64,000 nt of DNA from a virus. Its lineage: Duplodnaviria; Caudoviricetes. Both the position numbers and the translations under genes were made by a program. The DNA lies in IMG/VR virus record IMGVR_UViG_3300046528_000120, positions 39,100-103,099 of that record, one strand, 5' to 3'. The notes beneath the pieces were generated by a model. It did not search any database and was not told the DNA's origin. It was given only the letters and a program-made list of their open reading frames with translations. Below, piece after piece: positions 9,383 to 18,695 of this stretch (position 1 is its first letter; every line of letters begins with the position of its first letter).

Positions 9383-10033
9383 ATGCCAGCGGCACTAGAC
9401 CTCCGTGGCCAGCGCTTTTCTAGACTGGTGGCGCAATCCATTGCCTCATCTGGTAGAGAGGGCATTGTCTGGGTCTGCCGCTGCGATTGTGGTAATACAA
9501 CCCAGGCTGCGGCCAAGAGCTTGCGAAGTGGAAATACTAAGTCGTGCGGATGCCTTGATCGCGAATTGGTAGTACAGCGTAACCAGAGCAGGACTAAGCA
9601 TGGCATGTCGAATACGGATACATATCGTATCTGGCAGTCCATGATCGCGAGGTGTGAGAACCAGAAAAGCCGTGCGTACCCAAACTATGGTGGTCACGGC
9701 ATTACCGTATGCGCACGTTGGCATAGGTTCGAGAACTTCCTGGAAGACATGGGGGAGAAGCCCGAAGGGCTCAGCCTGGAGCTAGAGAATAACGAGCAAG
9801 GCTACTGCAAATCAAATTGCAAATGGGCTACAGCTACAGAACAGAGCAATAATCGAAGAAGCAATGTCTTGCTAGAGCATGAAGGCCAGAAGCTCACAAT
9901 TGCCGAGTGGGCGCGAATTACTGGAATCCCGGCTAAGACGCTGGGTTACAGAATCAGGCAGGGATGGGCCGTATGCGATGCACTATCGCTCGGTGCTGAA
10001 GGAAATAACCACTATAAGAGGAAAAAATGTTAG
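9383..10033 (+). CDS. HNH-family homing endonuclease-like protein, possibly inactive
   Basis: DLRGQRF.RL...CRCDCG...KSCGC...YGG.GI.VC..W..FE.F..DMG. The usual DRIDN is replaced by ELENN. Lower GC than its surroundings. Confidence 0.8.
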   Translation: MPAALDLRGQRFSRLVAQSIASSGREGIVWVCRCDCGNTTQAAAKSLRSGNTKSCGCLDRELVVQRNQSRTKHGMSNTDTYRIWQSMIARCENQKSRAYPNYGGHGITVCARWHRFENFLEDMGEKPEGLSLELENNEQGYCKSNCKWATATEQSNNRRSNVLLEHEGQKLTIAEWARITGIPAKTLGYRIRQGWAVCDALSLGAEGNNHYKRKKC

Positions 10034-10719
10034 TTGCTTTGACAGGATTAAAGGGAGTAGGCAAGGATGAAGCGGTGAACCATCTGGTATCGCTCGGCTT
10101 CACCAAACTCGCGTTCGGGGACGCGATTTACAAGGAACTTGCAATCAATTTCAAGGTGCCGGAAGAATTCCTGCGCATGCGCGAGGTCAAGGAGACGCCG
10201 CACCCCCGGCTCGCCTTGGCCTACTGCCAAGACCATGAATTCGTGCGCTATATTGTCGCCAGCGCCATGACACTGCCGGCCGGCTGCGACCACGGCATCC
10301 GCGCGCTGTCACGCGACGAGCTGACCAAACCGCGCACCAGTACCTGGCTCACCCAGCAATGGGCTACCCAGTACCGCCGCCGGCACTTCAGCGACGACTA
10401 CTGGACCCGCATCGTGGTCGACCAGATCAGGGCGCTGCCGCGCGGCACCAACGTCGTCTTGAGCGACTTGCGCCACTTCCCGGTTGAAATGGCAGCGTTC
10501 GACGCTTACCGCGACACCCACACGCACCGCGCCGGTAGCCTGACCATCGCGCCGGCCATGGGCATCCTGGAGCTGACCCGCGACGGCAGCATCAATACCG
10601 GGCATGACTCGGATCGCGGCCTGCCGCGCGATCTCATCGACAAGACGTACGTCAACAACGGCACCCTGACCCAGCTCTACGCTGCCCTCGAACTGTTCAT
10701 CACCCTGGAGATCAAGTAA
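10027..10719 (+). CDS. Deoxynucleoside monophosphate kinase
   Basis: N-terminal P-loop GLKGVGKD, then F.D.IY, R....D.W and VVLSDLR: phage dNMP kinase pattern. Confidence 0.8.
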   Translation: MLVALTGLKGVGKDEAVNHLVSLGFTKLAFGDAIYKELAINFKVPEEFLRMREVKETPHPRLALAYCQDHEFVRYIVASAMTLPAGCDHGIRALSRDELTKPRTSTWLTQQWATQYRRRHFSDDYWTRIVVDQIRALPRGTNVVLSDLRHFPVEMAAFDAYRDTHTHRAGSLTIAPAMGILELTRDGSINTGHDSDRGLPRDLIDKTYVNNGTLTQLYAALELFITLEIK

Positions 10720-11399
10720 TGTCCAAAGTAGCACTCTGCATCAAGACCGTCGACGCCCCCGCCTCCGTGCGCTGCATCATCACCGGCACCCACCTGATCG
10801 AACTCACCGAAGAGTTCTTCTACACCCCGGCCCAACTGGAGCCGCGCGCCACCTGCGAGACCGACAACAAGCTGCTCCAACTACTGCCGTACATCGTCGT
10901 CCAGGATGAGCATGACCGCGTGTTCCGCTATTTCCGTGGCGCGGCCGGCACCGAGAACCGCCTGCACGGCGCGATCAGCATCGGTCTCGGCGGCCACGTC
11001 GAAACCATGCCAGGACAGCAGCAGCCGGGCGCAGCCTACTCGGCCGATTCGCTGTTCGCCCACTTGAAGGAAGACGCGGTGCGCGAGATCGACGAAGAGA
11101 TCGGCATCAAGGTCGACCCGAAGAGCATCGAGTTCGTGCATCTGGTCTACAACCCGACCGGCGTCAATGAAGTGCACCTCGGCATCCTCGGCATCGCCCG
11201 CGTCAACATGGGCGGCCGGACGGAGCTGGCCCAGGAAGAGGGCGTCATCACCCAGGGCGGGTTCATCAACCCCGAGACCGAGCTGTACGATCACCCGGAG
11301 CTGTACGCACGTTGCGAGGAATGGACCAAGGCCGCGCTCTGGTATCTGACCAATCAAGCAGCCCGCAAACGAGTCCAGACCGCGCGTGCCACCGCATAA
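10719..11399 (+). CDS. NUDIX-family phosphoesterase
   Basis: QLLPY...E.RLHG..SIGLGGHV...AVREIDEEIG (NUDIX box). Confidence 0.8.
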   Translation: MSKVALCIKTVDAPASVRCIITGTHLIELTEEFFYTPAQLEPRATCETDNKLLQLLPYIVVQDEHDRVFRYFRGAAGTENRLHGAISIGLGGHVETMPGQQQPGAAYSADSLFAHLKEDAVREIDEEIGIKVDPKSIEFVHLVYNPTGVNEVHLGILGIARVNMGGRTELAQEEGVITQGGFINPETELYDHPELYARCEEWTKAALWYLTNQAARKRVQTARATA

Positions 11400-11422
11400 C
11401 CTGGATTGCAATTGATTGCAAC

Positions 11423-11447
11423 AAGCCGCCTTCGGGCGGCTTTTTTT
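11423..11447 (+). terminator. Rho-independent terminator
   Basis: AAGCCGCC-TTCG-GGCGGC-T7. Confidence 0.9.
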
Positions 11448-11448
11448 A

Positions 11449-11478
11449 TTGCCCCCTGGAATCTCGCTGCGGTATGAT
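11449..11478 (+). promoter_or_regulatory. Putative promoter for head operon
   Basis: TTGCCC-18 bp-TATGAT directly after the terminator. Confidence 0.45.
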
Positions 11479-11507
11479 CCTGCCCATCATTACGGGAGAA
11501 CGGGAAC

Positions 11508-11861
11508 ATGGAACAACGCACCGAATTTCGCGCGGAAGTGCGCGATGTCTACTCAGGGGATGACCTCATCATCTGGGTTGACCTGGGCGTCGATAGCCTG
11601 TGGAAGAAAGTACGCTTCCGCTTGCATGGCGTCGACACACCGAAGGCCGTAGGTTGTGGGCCGGATACCGAGGCCGGGAGGATTCGCAGCGAAGTCTACG
11701 AGCTGGTACGCCGGCATCCGCTGCGCATCGAAGTCGTGGGCCGCCCTGGGACGACCTGGACCGGCAACGTCACTATCGAGCGCCCGGTCGGCGATCTCAA
11801 CCTGAACCAATATCTGATCGACAAGGGTTATCCATTCAATCGCAACAAGGGGCTTTCATGA
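11508..11861 (+). CDS. Staphylococcal nuclease (SNase) fold protein with degenerate active site
   Basis: V..VYSGDD....DLG......RL.GVDTP...LN..LI..GY; lacks the DGDT and D.YGR residues. Confidence 0.65.
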   Translation: MEQRTEFRAEVRDVYSGDDLIIWVDLGVDSLWKKVRFRLHGVDTPKAVGCGPDTEAGRIRSEVYELVRRHPLRIEVVGRPGTTWTGNVTIERPVGDLNLNQYLIDKGYPFNRNKGLS

Positions 11862-13519
11862 CAACTAGCAATCGGCCGACGCGTATTCGCCGGGCCGCAC
11901 AACAGCGTGGAGTAGCCGTGCAACAGCAGCTCGCCGCGCATACGACCGTCATCCAGGTCGAGCGTGCCAGCGCCAGTGCCAGCCGCCAGATCGAGTACCT
12001 GGATGAATTCCAGCTCGGCGGCGGCTTCGGCCAACTCATCATTCCGCCACCGTACAACGTCGAGGGCCTGTTCCGGTATATCTCCGAATCGAACATGCTC
12101 AAGCAGTGCATCCGCTCGTACGTGGTCAACACGGCCGGCACCGGCTGGGAAGTGGTCCCGCTCAACAAGAAGGTTACGGTAGACGAGGACGAGCGCGACG
12201 AGCTGGAAGCCATCTGCGATCTGGCCAACTCCGAAGAGAGCCTGTCTACCGTGGTCAAGAAGGCCATCGCTCACCGCGAAGCAGTCGGCTTCGGCTTCAT
12301 CGAAGTCATCCGTGACATCAGCGGCCGTCCGACCCTGCTGCGCCACGCATCCTCGCTCCACATGCGCCTCGGCCACAAGAGCCAGACCGAAGTCCTGGTC
12401 AAGTTCGATCTGCCGCGCGGCGCCCGCTCCGCTACCGTGAAGGAGTTCCGCAAGTTCCGCCGCTTCTTGCAATTGATTGCAGGCCGCATGCGCTACTTCA
12501 AGGAGTTCGGCGACCCGCGCGACCTCAACGCCGATACCGGCCTGTTCGAGGATGAGCAGGGCTACCAGCCGGGCAACTCGGCGACCGAGATCATCCACCT
12601 GAAGCGCGACTCCAACGAGCCGTATGGCGAACCGCAGTGGATCAACCAACTGCCGAACATCATCGGTTCGCGCGAGGCCGAAGAAGTGAACATGCGCTAC
12701 TTCGAGGACAACACGGTGCCGGCCGGTATGCTGACGGTAGCCGGTGGCCGCCTGACGGCGCAGTCGCACCAGAACCTGACCAACCTCCTTGCGGGCGGCA
12801 TCGGCAACAAGAACCAGTCGAAGATCGTCCTGATCGAAGCGGTCGGTGAGCAGGATAGCCTGGACGCCAAGGGCACCCCGATCCAGATGAAGGTCGAGCG
12901 TCTGGCCGACCAGCGCCCCAGCGACGGCCTGTTCAAAGATTACGACGAAGCCAATCAGGCCAAGGTCCGTTCCAGCTTCCGCCTGCCGTCGGTCGCGGTC
13001 GGCATGGCGAACGAGCACAACTTCGCCACCGCCAACGTCGCCATGTTTGCTGCCGAGTCGCAGGTATTCGCCCCCGAGCGCAACGAGACCGATGAGCTGC
13101 TGAACAACACCCTGGTACGGTCTCGCGCCGGCATGCGAATGCGCACGGTGAAGCTGGCCAGCCGCACGCCGCCGATCACCTCGCCCGAAGGCCAGATCAA
13201 GACCATGACCGCGCTGAACGTGATGGGCGCCCTGACCCCGCGTAAGGCCCAGAAGCTGGCCAACACCCTGCTGCAAATCGAGATCGAGGAATACCCGAAG
13301 AAGGGCGAGGCAGACTACGAGGACTGGATGGACAAGCCGATGGCGCTGAACATGAGCAAAGGCGCTGCCGCCGACGAAGGCGTCGACGCCGGCAACCCAC
13401 CCCCGGCCGATGGTAGCGCGCCTGCAACGCACGCTGGGCAGTCCGTGAAAGACCCTGCGACCAAGGCGCTCGAAGCCAGCGGCAATATCAACACTCAACC
13501 GAAGCATGGGACGGAATAA
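11858..13519 (+). CDS. Portal protein (PBSX-like)
   Basis: IPPPY...G.G.IEVIRD..G...EIIH.K....YG.P.W...N..YF.DN.VP; lies immediately before the protease and capsid genes. Confidence 0.85.
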   Translation: MTTSNRPTRIRRAAQQRGVAVQQQLAAHTTVIQVERASASASRQIEYLDEFQLGGGFGQLIIPPPYNVEGLFRYISESNMLKQCIRSYVVNTAGTGWEVVPLNKKVTVDEDERDELEAICDLANSEESLSTVVKKAIAHREAVGFGFIEVIRDISGRPTLLRHASSLHMRLGHKSQTEVLVKFDLPRGARSATVKEFRKFRRFLQLIAGRMRYFKEFGDPRDLNADTGLFEDEQGYQPGNSATEIIHLKRDSNEPYGEPQWINQLPNIIGSREAEEVNMRYFEDNTVPAGMLTVAGGRLTAQSHQNLTNLLAGGIGNKNQSKIVLIEAVGEQDSLDAKGTPIQMKVERLADQRPSDGLFKDYDEANQAKVRSSFRLPSVAVGMANEHNFATANVAMFAAESQVFAPERNETDELLNNTLVRSRAGMRMRTVKLASRTPPITSPEGQIKTMTALNVMGALTPRKAQKLANTLLQIEIEEYPKKGEADYEDWMDKPMALNMSKGAAADEGVDAGNPPPADGSAPATHAGQSVKDPATKALEASGNINTQPKHGTE

Positions 13520-14124
13520 TGAGCACTGCTACCAAGTTCGTGCGCCGCGCTGACCAGGGCTGGGAACAGATCGTCATGGGTGAGGTCTTGATCCCGGATA
13601 CCCCGAACGTGTACGGCGACATCTACACCAAGGGCAGCATCCGCCAGTTCGCTACCGAGTTCATGAAGACCGGCCTGAACTCCGAAGTGATCCTCGACAT
13701 CGCCCACGATAACGTCGACATCACCGGGCAGGCCTACGTGGTGGAATCGTTCATTGCCCGCGACGGCGACCAGGACTTCATCCCCGGCTCGTGGGTGATC
13801 GCGGTCTGGATCGTCGACCCCACCATCTGGCAGATGGTCCTGGACGGCAAGATCAACGGTTTCAGCTACGAGGCCCTGGTCGGCATGCAGCCAGTCATGA
13901 TCGAAAACTTGCAGTCAGGAATCGTTACGGGTATAACAGCGCCTGACCCGCTGGACGGCCACACGCACACCTATGCGGTCGTGGTGAATCAGTTGAACGT
14001 GCCCATCAGTGGCGAGACCGGGGTGACTGACGGCCACAGTCACACCATCTCGTACCACACCAAGACTGACAAGACCAACGGCCACACCCACCGCTTTGAC
14101 GTAATCAACCAAGGAGAAAACTGA
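13519..14124 (+). CDS. XkdF-like prohead serine protease with C-terminal GH(T/S)H repeats
   Basis: IVMGEVLIPD...GD....I...A..F...H...VVESFIA...GSW...W..V..G.INGFS; three DGHTH-like repeats at the C-terminus. Confidence 0.8.
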   Translation: MSTATKFVRRADQGWEQIVMGEVLIPDTPNVYGDIYTKGSIRQFATEFMKTGLNSEVILDIAHDNVDITGQAYVVESFIARDGDQDFIPGSWVIAVWIVDPTIWQMVLDGKINGFSYEALVGMQPVMIENLQSGIVTGITAPDPLDGHTHTYAVVVNQLNVPISGETGVTDGHSHTISYHTKTDKTNGHTHRFDVINQGEN

Positions 14125-14125
14125 A

Positions 14126-15556
14126 ATGACCTTTGACCAAACCAAACACGTTCGCGTGCGCCGAAGCGCCGGTCAAGCCGCTGCCGGCAATCTGGTGACC
14201 ATCGGCACCCCGAAGGCACTGACCCTGTGCGACGTGCCGGCCAACCAGCGCCCGTTCCCGGTGATCCGTAGCGATGAAGGTGCGCCGGCCGCCAAGCCGC
14301 CTCGCATCGTCCGCGCCAAGCGTAGCGTGAACCCGGTCCTGGGCCTGACTTTCCCGGCCGGCACCACCGAAGACGACGCCGTCGCCCTACTGGCCACCTT
14401 CGAGATGTCCGACTACACCCTGATGGTCGACGAGCAAGGCGCCTACACCGCTATCCGCTCCGACTTGCAATCAATTGCAACCGAGACCACCGACATCAAG
14501 ATCAACAAGGAAGGTGTCGTGGCCCGCGTCGATGCCAGCCAGTACAAGATCACCCGCGCCGACTCGACCGACAACCTGCGGCTGGTTGCGCTCGAATTCG
14601 ATGCCAAACGTTTCGACGCCGACGCAATTTCTTCGTGGATTGCTGAAAATAAAGTTGACAGCGCGCAAGATGCTGTCGAAAATGCGGACAGCTCATCGCT
14701 GACGGTCAAACGTCACGATGTCGCAGAAGGAACCGAGGTACGAAAGGTGCAGTTGGAAGACGGCGTGACCGCAGTCATCGCCCGTTCCGATGTCGCAGAT
14801 GTTCCGGCCGGCTTCGCCGTTGCCGTGAACGAAACGATGTACGGCAACTGGGGCTGGGGCCATCTGGACTTCAACGCCAGTATGGCCGATGTCGAGTTCT
14901 GCCGCGTAATGGACGACGCTAACTATCGTCTGATGCGCGTGCTGAACAGCATCATGCTGGATAGCCAACTGCCCTTGGAGCAGCGCAAGGCCCTGGTGGA
15001 CCGCGCACTGTCCCAGTACGGTGACTTTGTGAAAAACGTAATCGACGCACTTCCGCGTCAAGTGACACTGCTGGTGACCCGCGCCGCAGTCAACAAGGAG
15101 AATGAAACGATGGCAGGTAAAGACGAAAACGGCGGCGCGCAAGTTCAACAGCCGCTGACCCGCGAAGACGTGGCCCAGATTGTGCAAGACGGTATCACCG
15201 CCGCCTTCGCCGCCCGTTCCGAAGCCCAAGCCGCCGCGCCGGCCGCTGCTGCCGCTACCACGGCTGCTACCACCGAAGCCGCCCGCGACGACGCTGCTTC
15301 ATCCGCTGCTACCGCCGCTGCTCCGGCCGCGACCGAGACCGTGACCCGCGCCGACATCGGTGCCGCCGTCGCGGAAGCCCTGAAGCCGTTCGGCGAGCAA
15401 CTGGCTGCTATCCAGAACACCGTGGTCGTGCGCAGCGATTCCGGCGACCGCACCGTGGCTGTGACCGAACAGAAGGAAGTGAAGCGCGGCGATACCGCAG
15501 TCTTCGGCGGCCTGCTGGCTGGCGCCCGCGCCATGCGCAGCGGCGGCGTCCAGTAA
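14126..15556 (+). CDS. Head maturation/scaffolding protein with probable nested in-frame scaffold from ATG 15110
   Basis: Lies between protease and capsid genes; Ala-rich C-terminus; internal AAGGAG at 15095 precedes in-frame ATG 15110. Confidence 0.65.
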   Translation: MTFDQTKHVRVRRSAGQAAAGNLVTIGTPKALTLCDVPANQRPFPVIRSDEGAPAAKPPRIVRAKRSVNPVLGLTFPAGTTEDDAVALLATFEMSDYTLMVDEQGAYTAIRSDLQSIATETTDIKINKEGVVARVDASQYKITRADSTDNLRLVALEFDAKRFDADAISSWIAENKVDSAQDAVENADSSSLTVKRHDVAEGTEVRKVQLEDGVTAVIARSDVADVPAGFAVAVNETMYGNWGWGHLDFNASMADVEFCRVMDDANYRLMRVLNSIMLDSQLPLEQRKALVDRALSQYGDFVKNVIDALPRQVTLLVTRAAVNKENETMAGKDENGGAQVQQPLTREDVAQIVQDGITAAFAARSEAQAAAPAAAAATTAATTEAARDDAASSAATAAAPAATETVTRADIGAAVAEALKPFGEQLAAIQNTVVVRSDSGDRTVAVTEQKEVKRGDTAVFGGLLAGARAMRSGGVQ

Positions 15557-15623
15557 CACAGCCGTACCCCAGATTTATTGCAATCAATTTCAATAGCAGC
15601 AAACCCTTAACACTGGAGAGTAA

Positions 15624-16577
15624 ATGACTACCGCAAACGAAAACCTGCGCCGTGCCGACGTTACCCTGGCCCAGCTCGCCTCCAACGGCGGCCTGCTGTC
15701 GCCGGAACAAACCAGCACCTTCTTCGATCTGGTCGTCGACGAGCCGACCATCCTGAACCAGATTCGCCGCGTCGACATGGCGACCTCGGAACAGCGCATC
15801 AACAAGATCGGCCTGGGCGGTCGCCTGCTTCACGGCGCTACCCAGTCGGGCGGCCAGGAAGACAACGGCACCAACGGCCGTTATCTGGCGAAGAACAAGC
15901 GCGCTGCGCCGACCACCTCGCAGATCACCATGAACACCCGCGAGGTGATCGCTGAGATGCGCATCCCGTACGAAGTTCTGGAAGACAACATCGAAGGCCA
16001 GAACTACGAGCAGCACATGATGCGCCTGATGGCCCAGCGTGGTGCACTCGACCTGGAAGAGCTGTGCCTGTTTGGCGACAAGACCATCGACCCGGCCGTG
16101 GACGATTTCCTGTGCCTGCAAGACGGCTTCATCAAGCGCGCTACCGCCCACCAAGTCGACAACGCCGCTGCCGGCCCGGACGACGACATGATCACCCAGG
16201 CTCTGCTGGCAATGCCGCAACAGTACCTGCGCTACCTGCCGCAGATGCGCGCCTGGATTTCGCAAGCGAACAAGATCAAGTTCCAGGCTTCGCGTATCTC
16301 GCGCAATACCGCGCTGGGTGACGCTTCGGTCGTGGGCAACCTGTCGCTGGTGTCGCAAGGCCTCCAGATCGAACCGGCGCCGTCGATGGCTGCTGACGGT
16401 ACGGGCGCCAAGGGCCTGATCACCTTCCCGCAGAACCTGATCATCGGCTTCCAGCGCCAGATCACCCTGGAATACGACAAAGACATCCGCAGCCGTGAAT
16501 ACATCATCGTCCTGACGATGCGTATCGCGCTCCAGGTCGAAGACAGCAACGCCCTGGTCCTGCTGAAGAACATCTAA
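15624..16577 (+). CDS. Major capsid protein (HK97 fold)
   Basis: GGLL.PEQ...F...V.EPTIL..IR...EVLEDNIEG...DLEEL...GD; strong RBS and highly biased codons. Confidence 0.9.
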   Translation: MTTANENLRRADVTLAQLASNGGLLSPEQTSTFFDLVVDEPTILNQIRRVDMATSEQRINKIGLGGRLLHGATQSGGQEDNGTNGRYLAKNKRAAPTTSQITMNTREVIAEMRIPYEVLEDNIEGQNYEQHMMRLMAQRGALDLEELCLFGDKTIDPAVDDFLCLQDGFIKRATAHQVDNAAAGPDDDMITQALLAMPQQYLRYLPQMRAWISQANKIKFQASRISRNTALGDASVVGNLSLVSQGLQIEPAPSMAADGTGAKGLITFPQNLIIGFQRQITLEYDKDIRSREYIIVLTMRIALQVEDSNALVLLKNI

Positions 16578-16603
16578 GCAGCGGCCACACCGTAGCGCCC
16601 AAG

Positions 16604-16635
16604 AAGAGGGGTAGGGGCGACCTTATCCCTCTTTT
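16604..16635 (+). terminator. Rho-independent terminator after capsid gene
   Basis: AAGAGGGGTAGG..CCTTATCCCTCTT hairpin followed by T's. Confidence 0.7.
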
Positions 16636-16673
16636 CACATTGCAATCAATTTCAAAATAACTTAGGAAGCATC

Positions 16674-17048
16674 ATGGCAAAAATTCTGATCGTCGCAGCA
16701 CTGGCAACCTTCTCTCGTCGCGGCCTGACCACCGCTGCCGGCGTCCCGGCCATCATCAAGAAGGGCGAAGCCTTCAAGGTCTCCGATGAACTGGGCGACG
16801 AGCTGACCAGCGGCGACTACTGCAACTACGACGCGGACGGCAACCCGATCCCGCACTTCAAGGAAGCCGACGAAGGCACCAAGCTGGCCTACGACTTCAC
16901 CGCCGACAAGGTCGTGAACCCGCCCGCCGACCGCCCGACCACCACCGTCGAGAAAAGCCTGGAAGGCCTGGACGAAGTGACCATCGCCGAGAAGGTGCAG
17001 GCCGCTACCCCGAAGGCAGTTCGCAGCCAGCGCGTCCGCGCCAAGTAA
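16674..17048 (+). CDS. Hypothetical virion-associated protein
   Basis: AGGA RBS; follows the capsid gene. Confidence 0.65.
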   Translation: MAKILIVAALATFSRRGLTTAAGVPAIIKKGEAFKVSDELGDELTSGDYCNYDADGNPIPHFKEADEGTKLAYDFTADKVVNPPADRPTTTVEKSLEGLDEVTIAEKVQAATPKAVRSQRVRAK

Positions 17049-17068
17049 TCACCTGAAAGGAGCATCGC

Positions 17069-17680
17069 ATGACTATTCTCCGTAACCCGGAGGAAGTCGC
17101 CCAGCGGATCGGTCTGAACGCAAATGGTAGAAGTCCTGCCCCGAGCGAACCGAAGTTCCGTGCGATGCTCGAAAACGCCACGACCCGGATTTGCAATAGC
17201 CTGAGCACCCCGCTTGAGCTGGCAAACCGGGTCGACTTTTTCGAGCTGGGCGAAGACCTTCGTCGCAATAACGAAACTTTCCGACTGGGCGCCGGCTTCG
17301 TGCAGCGGGACAGCGTGGTAGTCACCGATCCGCGCGGCAATCCCGTAAATAGCGACCGTTACCGAGTGAATTACGAGCTTGGCAGCGTCACCGTTACCCG
17401 ACCTTGCCGTGGCGAGTGGAAAGTGGCCTACACTTCGGGCTTCGCCGCCAGTACCGACGACCCTGCGGTGTACCAGGACGTACCGGGCTGGGTAGTGGAG
17501 CTGCTGGATACGGTCTCGCTGGGCTGGGCGCGCATCATGTTCGCCGACAAGCTGCCGGACTCGGTCTCCTACAACGCCCTGATGAACGCAATCTATCGCG
17601 ACATCGCCGGCCGCGTGTACAGCCGTTACGACCGCCCCCGCTCTCCCGCGCACTTCCCGGTGCATAGCGAGACGGTCTAA
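17069..17680 (+). CDS. Head-tail adaptor
   Basis: Synteny plus V.YTSGF...VP.W pattern. Confidence 0.6.
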   Translation: MTILRNPEEVAQRIGLNANGRSPAPSEPKFRAMLENATTRICNSLSTPLELANRVDFFELGEDLRRNNETFRLGAGFVQRDSVVVTDPRGNPVNSDRYRVNYELGSVTVTRPCRGEWKVAYTSGFAASTDDPAVYQDVPGWVVELLDTVSLGWARIMFADKLPDSVSYNALMNAIYRDIAGRVYSRYDRPRSPAHFPVHSETV

Positions 17681-18183
17681 TGGTAGCCGATACCCGCTTC
17701 GTGAACGGGGCGCAGAAACTGGCGCAGCGTATCCGCACCATCCGTGGCCGCCTTCAAATTGGTCCGTTGACCGAAGAGATCGGCGAGCTGCTGTTGGCGC
17801 GGACGCTGCGCCGGTTCGATGCCGAGATCGACCCCGATGGCAAGCGCTGGCCGGAGCTGTCCCACGGTCACCAGGAACGGCGTGCCCGCGACGGCCATAG
17901 CGGCAAGATGCTGAACGTGTCCGGCGCCCTGCGCGGCTCCATCCAACTCATCCGGGGTGCAGTGGACTTCGGCACGGTCTACACCAATACCGGTGCCGGC
18001 GTCCGTATCGGCGTCGAGCCGGGTGAGCAAGCAATGAAGGCCTACGTGCACAACTATGGCTGGAAGCGCAAACCCGGTGGCCCCATCCAGCAGCGCCGCT
18101 TCCTCGGTATCGGCCAGCTTGACGTGAAATCGGTCGACTCCTTCCTGCGCCGCCGCGCTCAATCAGTGGTAGACGAATCATGA
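17680..18183 (+). CDS. Virion morphogenesis protein (P2 gpS / Mu gpG-like)
   Basis: RF..E.DPDG..W..LS...L..SG.LR.SI...VHNYG......R.FLG. Confidence 0.85.
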   Translation: MVADTRFVNGAQKLAQRIRTIRGRLQIGPLTEEIGELLLARTLRRFDAEIDPDGKRWPELSHGHQERRARDGHSGKMLNVSGALRGSIQLIRGAVDFGTVYTNTGAGVRIGVEPGEQAMKAYVHNYGWKRKPGGPIQQRRFLGIGQLDVKSVDSFLRRRAQSVVDES

Positions 18184-18671
18184 TGCTCAACCAAGACCCA
18201 GATCAGATCACGCGCATGGAAGATGACCTGCGCGACAAGATTCAAGTTGCAATCAATTTCAAACCCGAACTGAATGCCGGCGTGTACGGCGTCTTCAGCA
18301 TCGACGACCTCGAATCCAAGATGCAAGACGATCTCGGCGGTGGCATCGGTGTCGGCGTCCAGTTCGTCTACACCCAGGCGGCCGACCTCCAGGCCCGCCC
18401 CGGCGCACAGAATGCCCGCTACCTGCAATTCATGTTCCAGGTCATCCTCGCGGTGCCGTGTGGCATGGAGGCGGTCGAACGCGGGCTGGCAACCAAGCTG
18501 CTCGGCGTCACGCGCCAAGCCATCTTCGGCGAACCACTGAAGGACGACAAGGTGAACCGGGCATGGGACTTCGTGCGTGAGCAAGCAGAACCTAGTGCGT
18601 CAACCGCGACGATGCTGTACTATTCGCAACTCTGGCAAGTTGCCCTGCCGCAAGTAGCGCAGCGCGCCTAA
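18180..18671 (+). CDS. Tail terminator / neck protein
   Basis: Synteny immediately before the tail tube gene. Confidence 0.55.
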   Translation: MMLNQDPDQITRMEDDLRDKIQVAINFKPELNAGVYGVFSIDDLESKMQDDLGGGIGVGVQFVYTQAADLQARPGAQNARYLQFMFQVILAVPCGMEAVERGLATKLLGVTRQAIFGEPLKDDKVNRAWDFVREQAEPSASTATMLYYSQLWQVALPQVAQRA

Positions 18672-18695
18672 TTTTTCAACCTGAAGGAGTTAAAC

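Noticed and set aside
9805-9822. Motif-like CTGCAAATCAAATTGCAA, and similar weak matches near 36091, 43022, 49330 and 51108
   Set aside because: Wrong arm spacing or too many mismatches; not counted.
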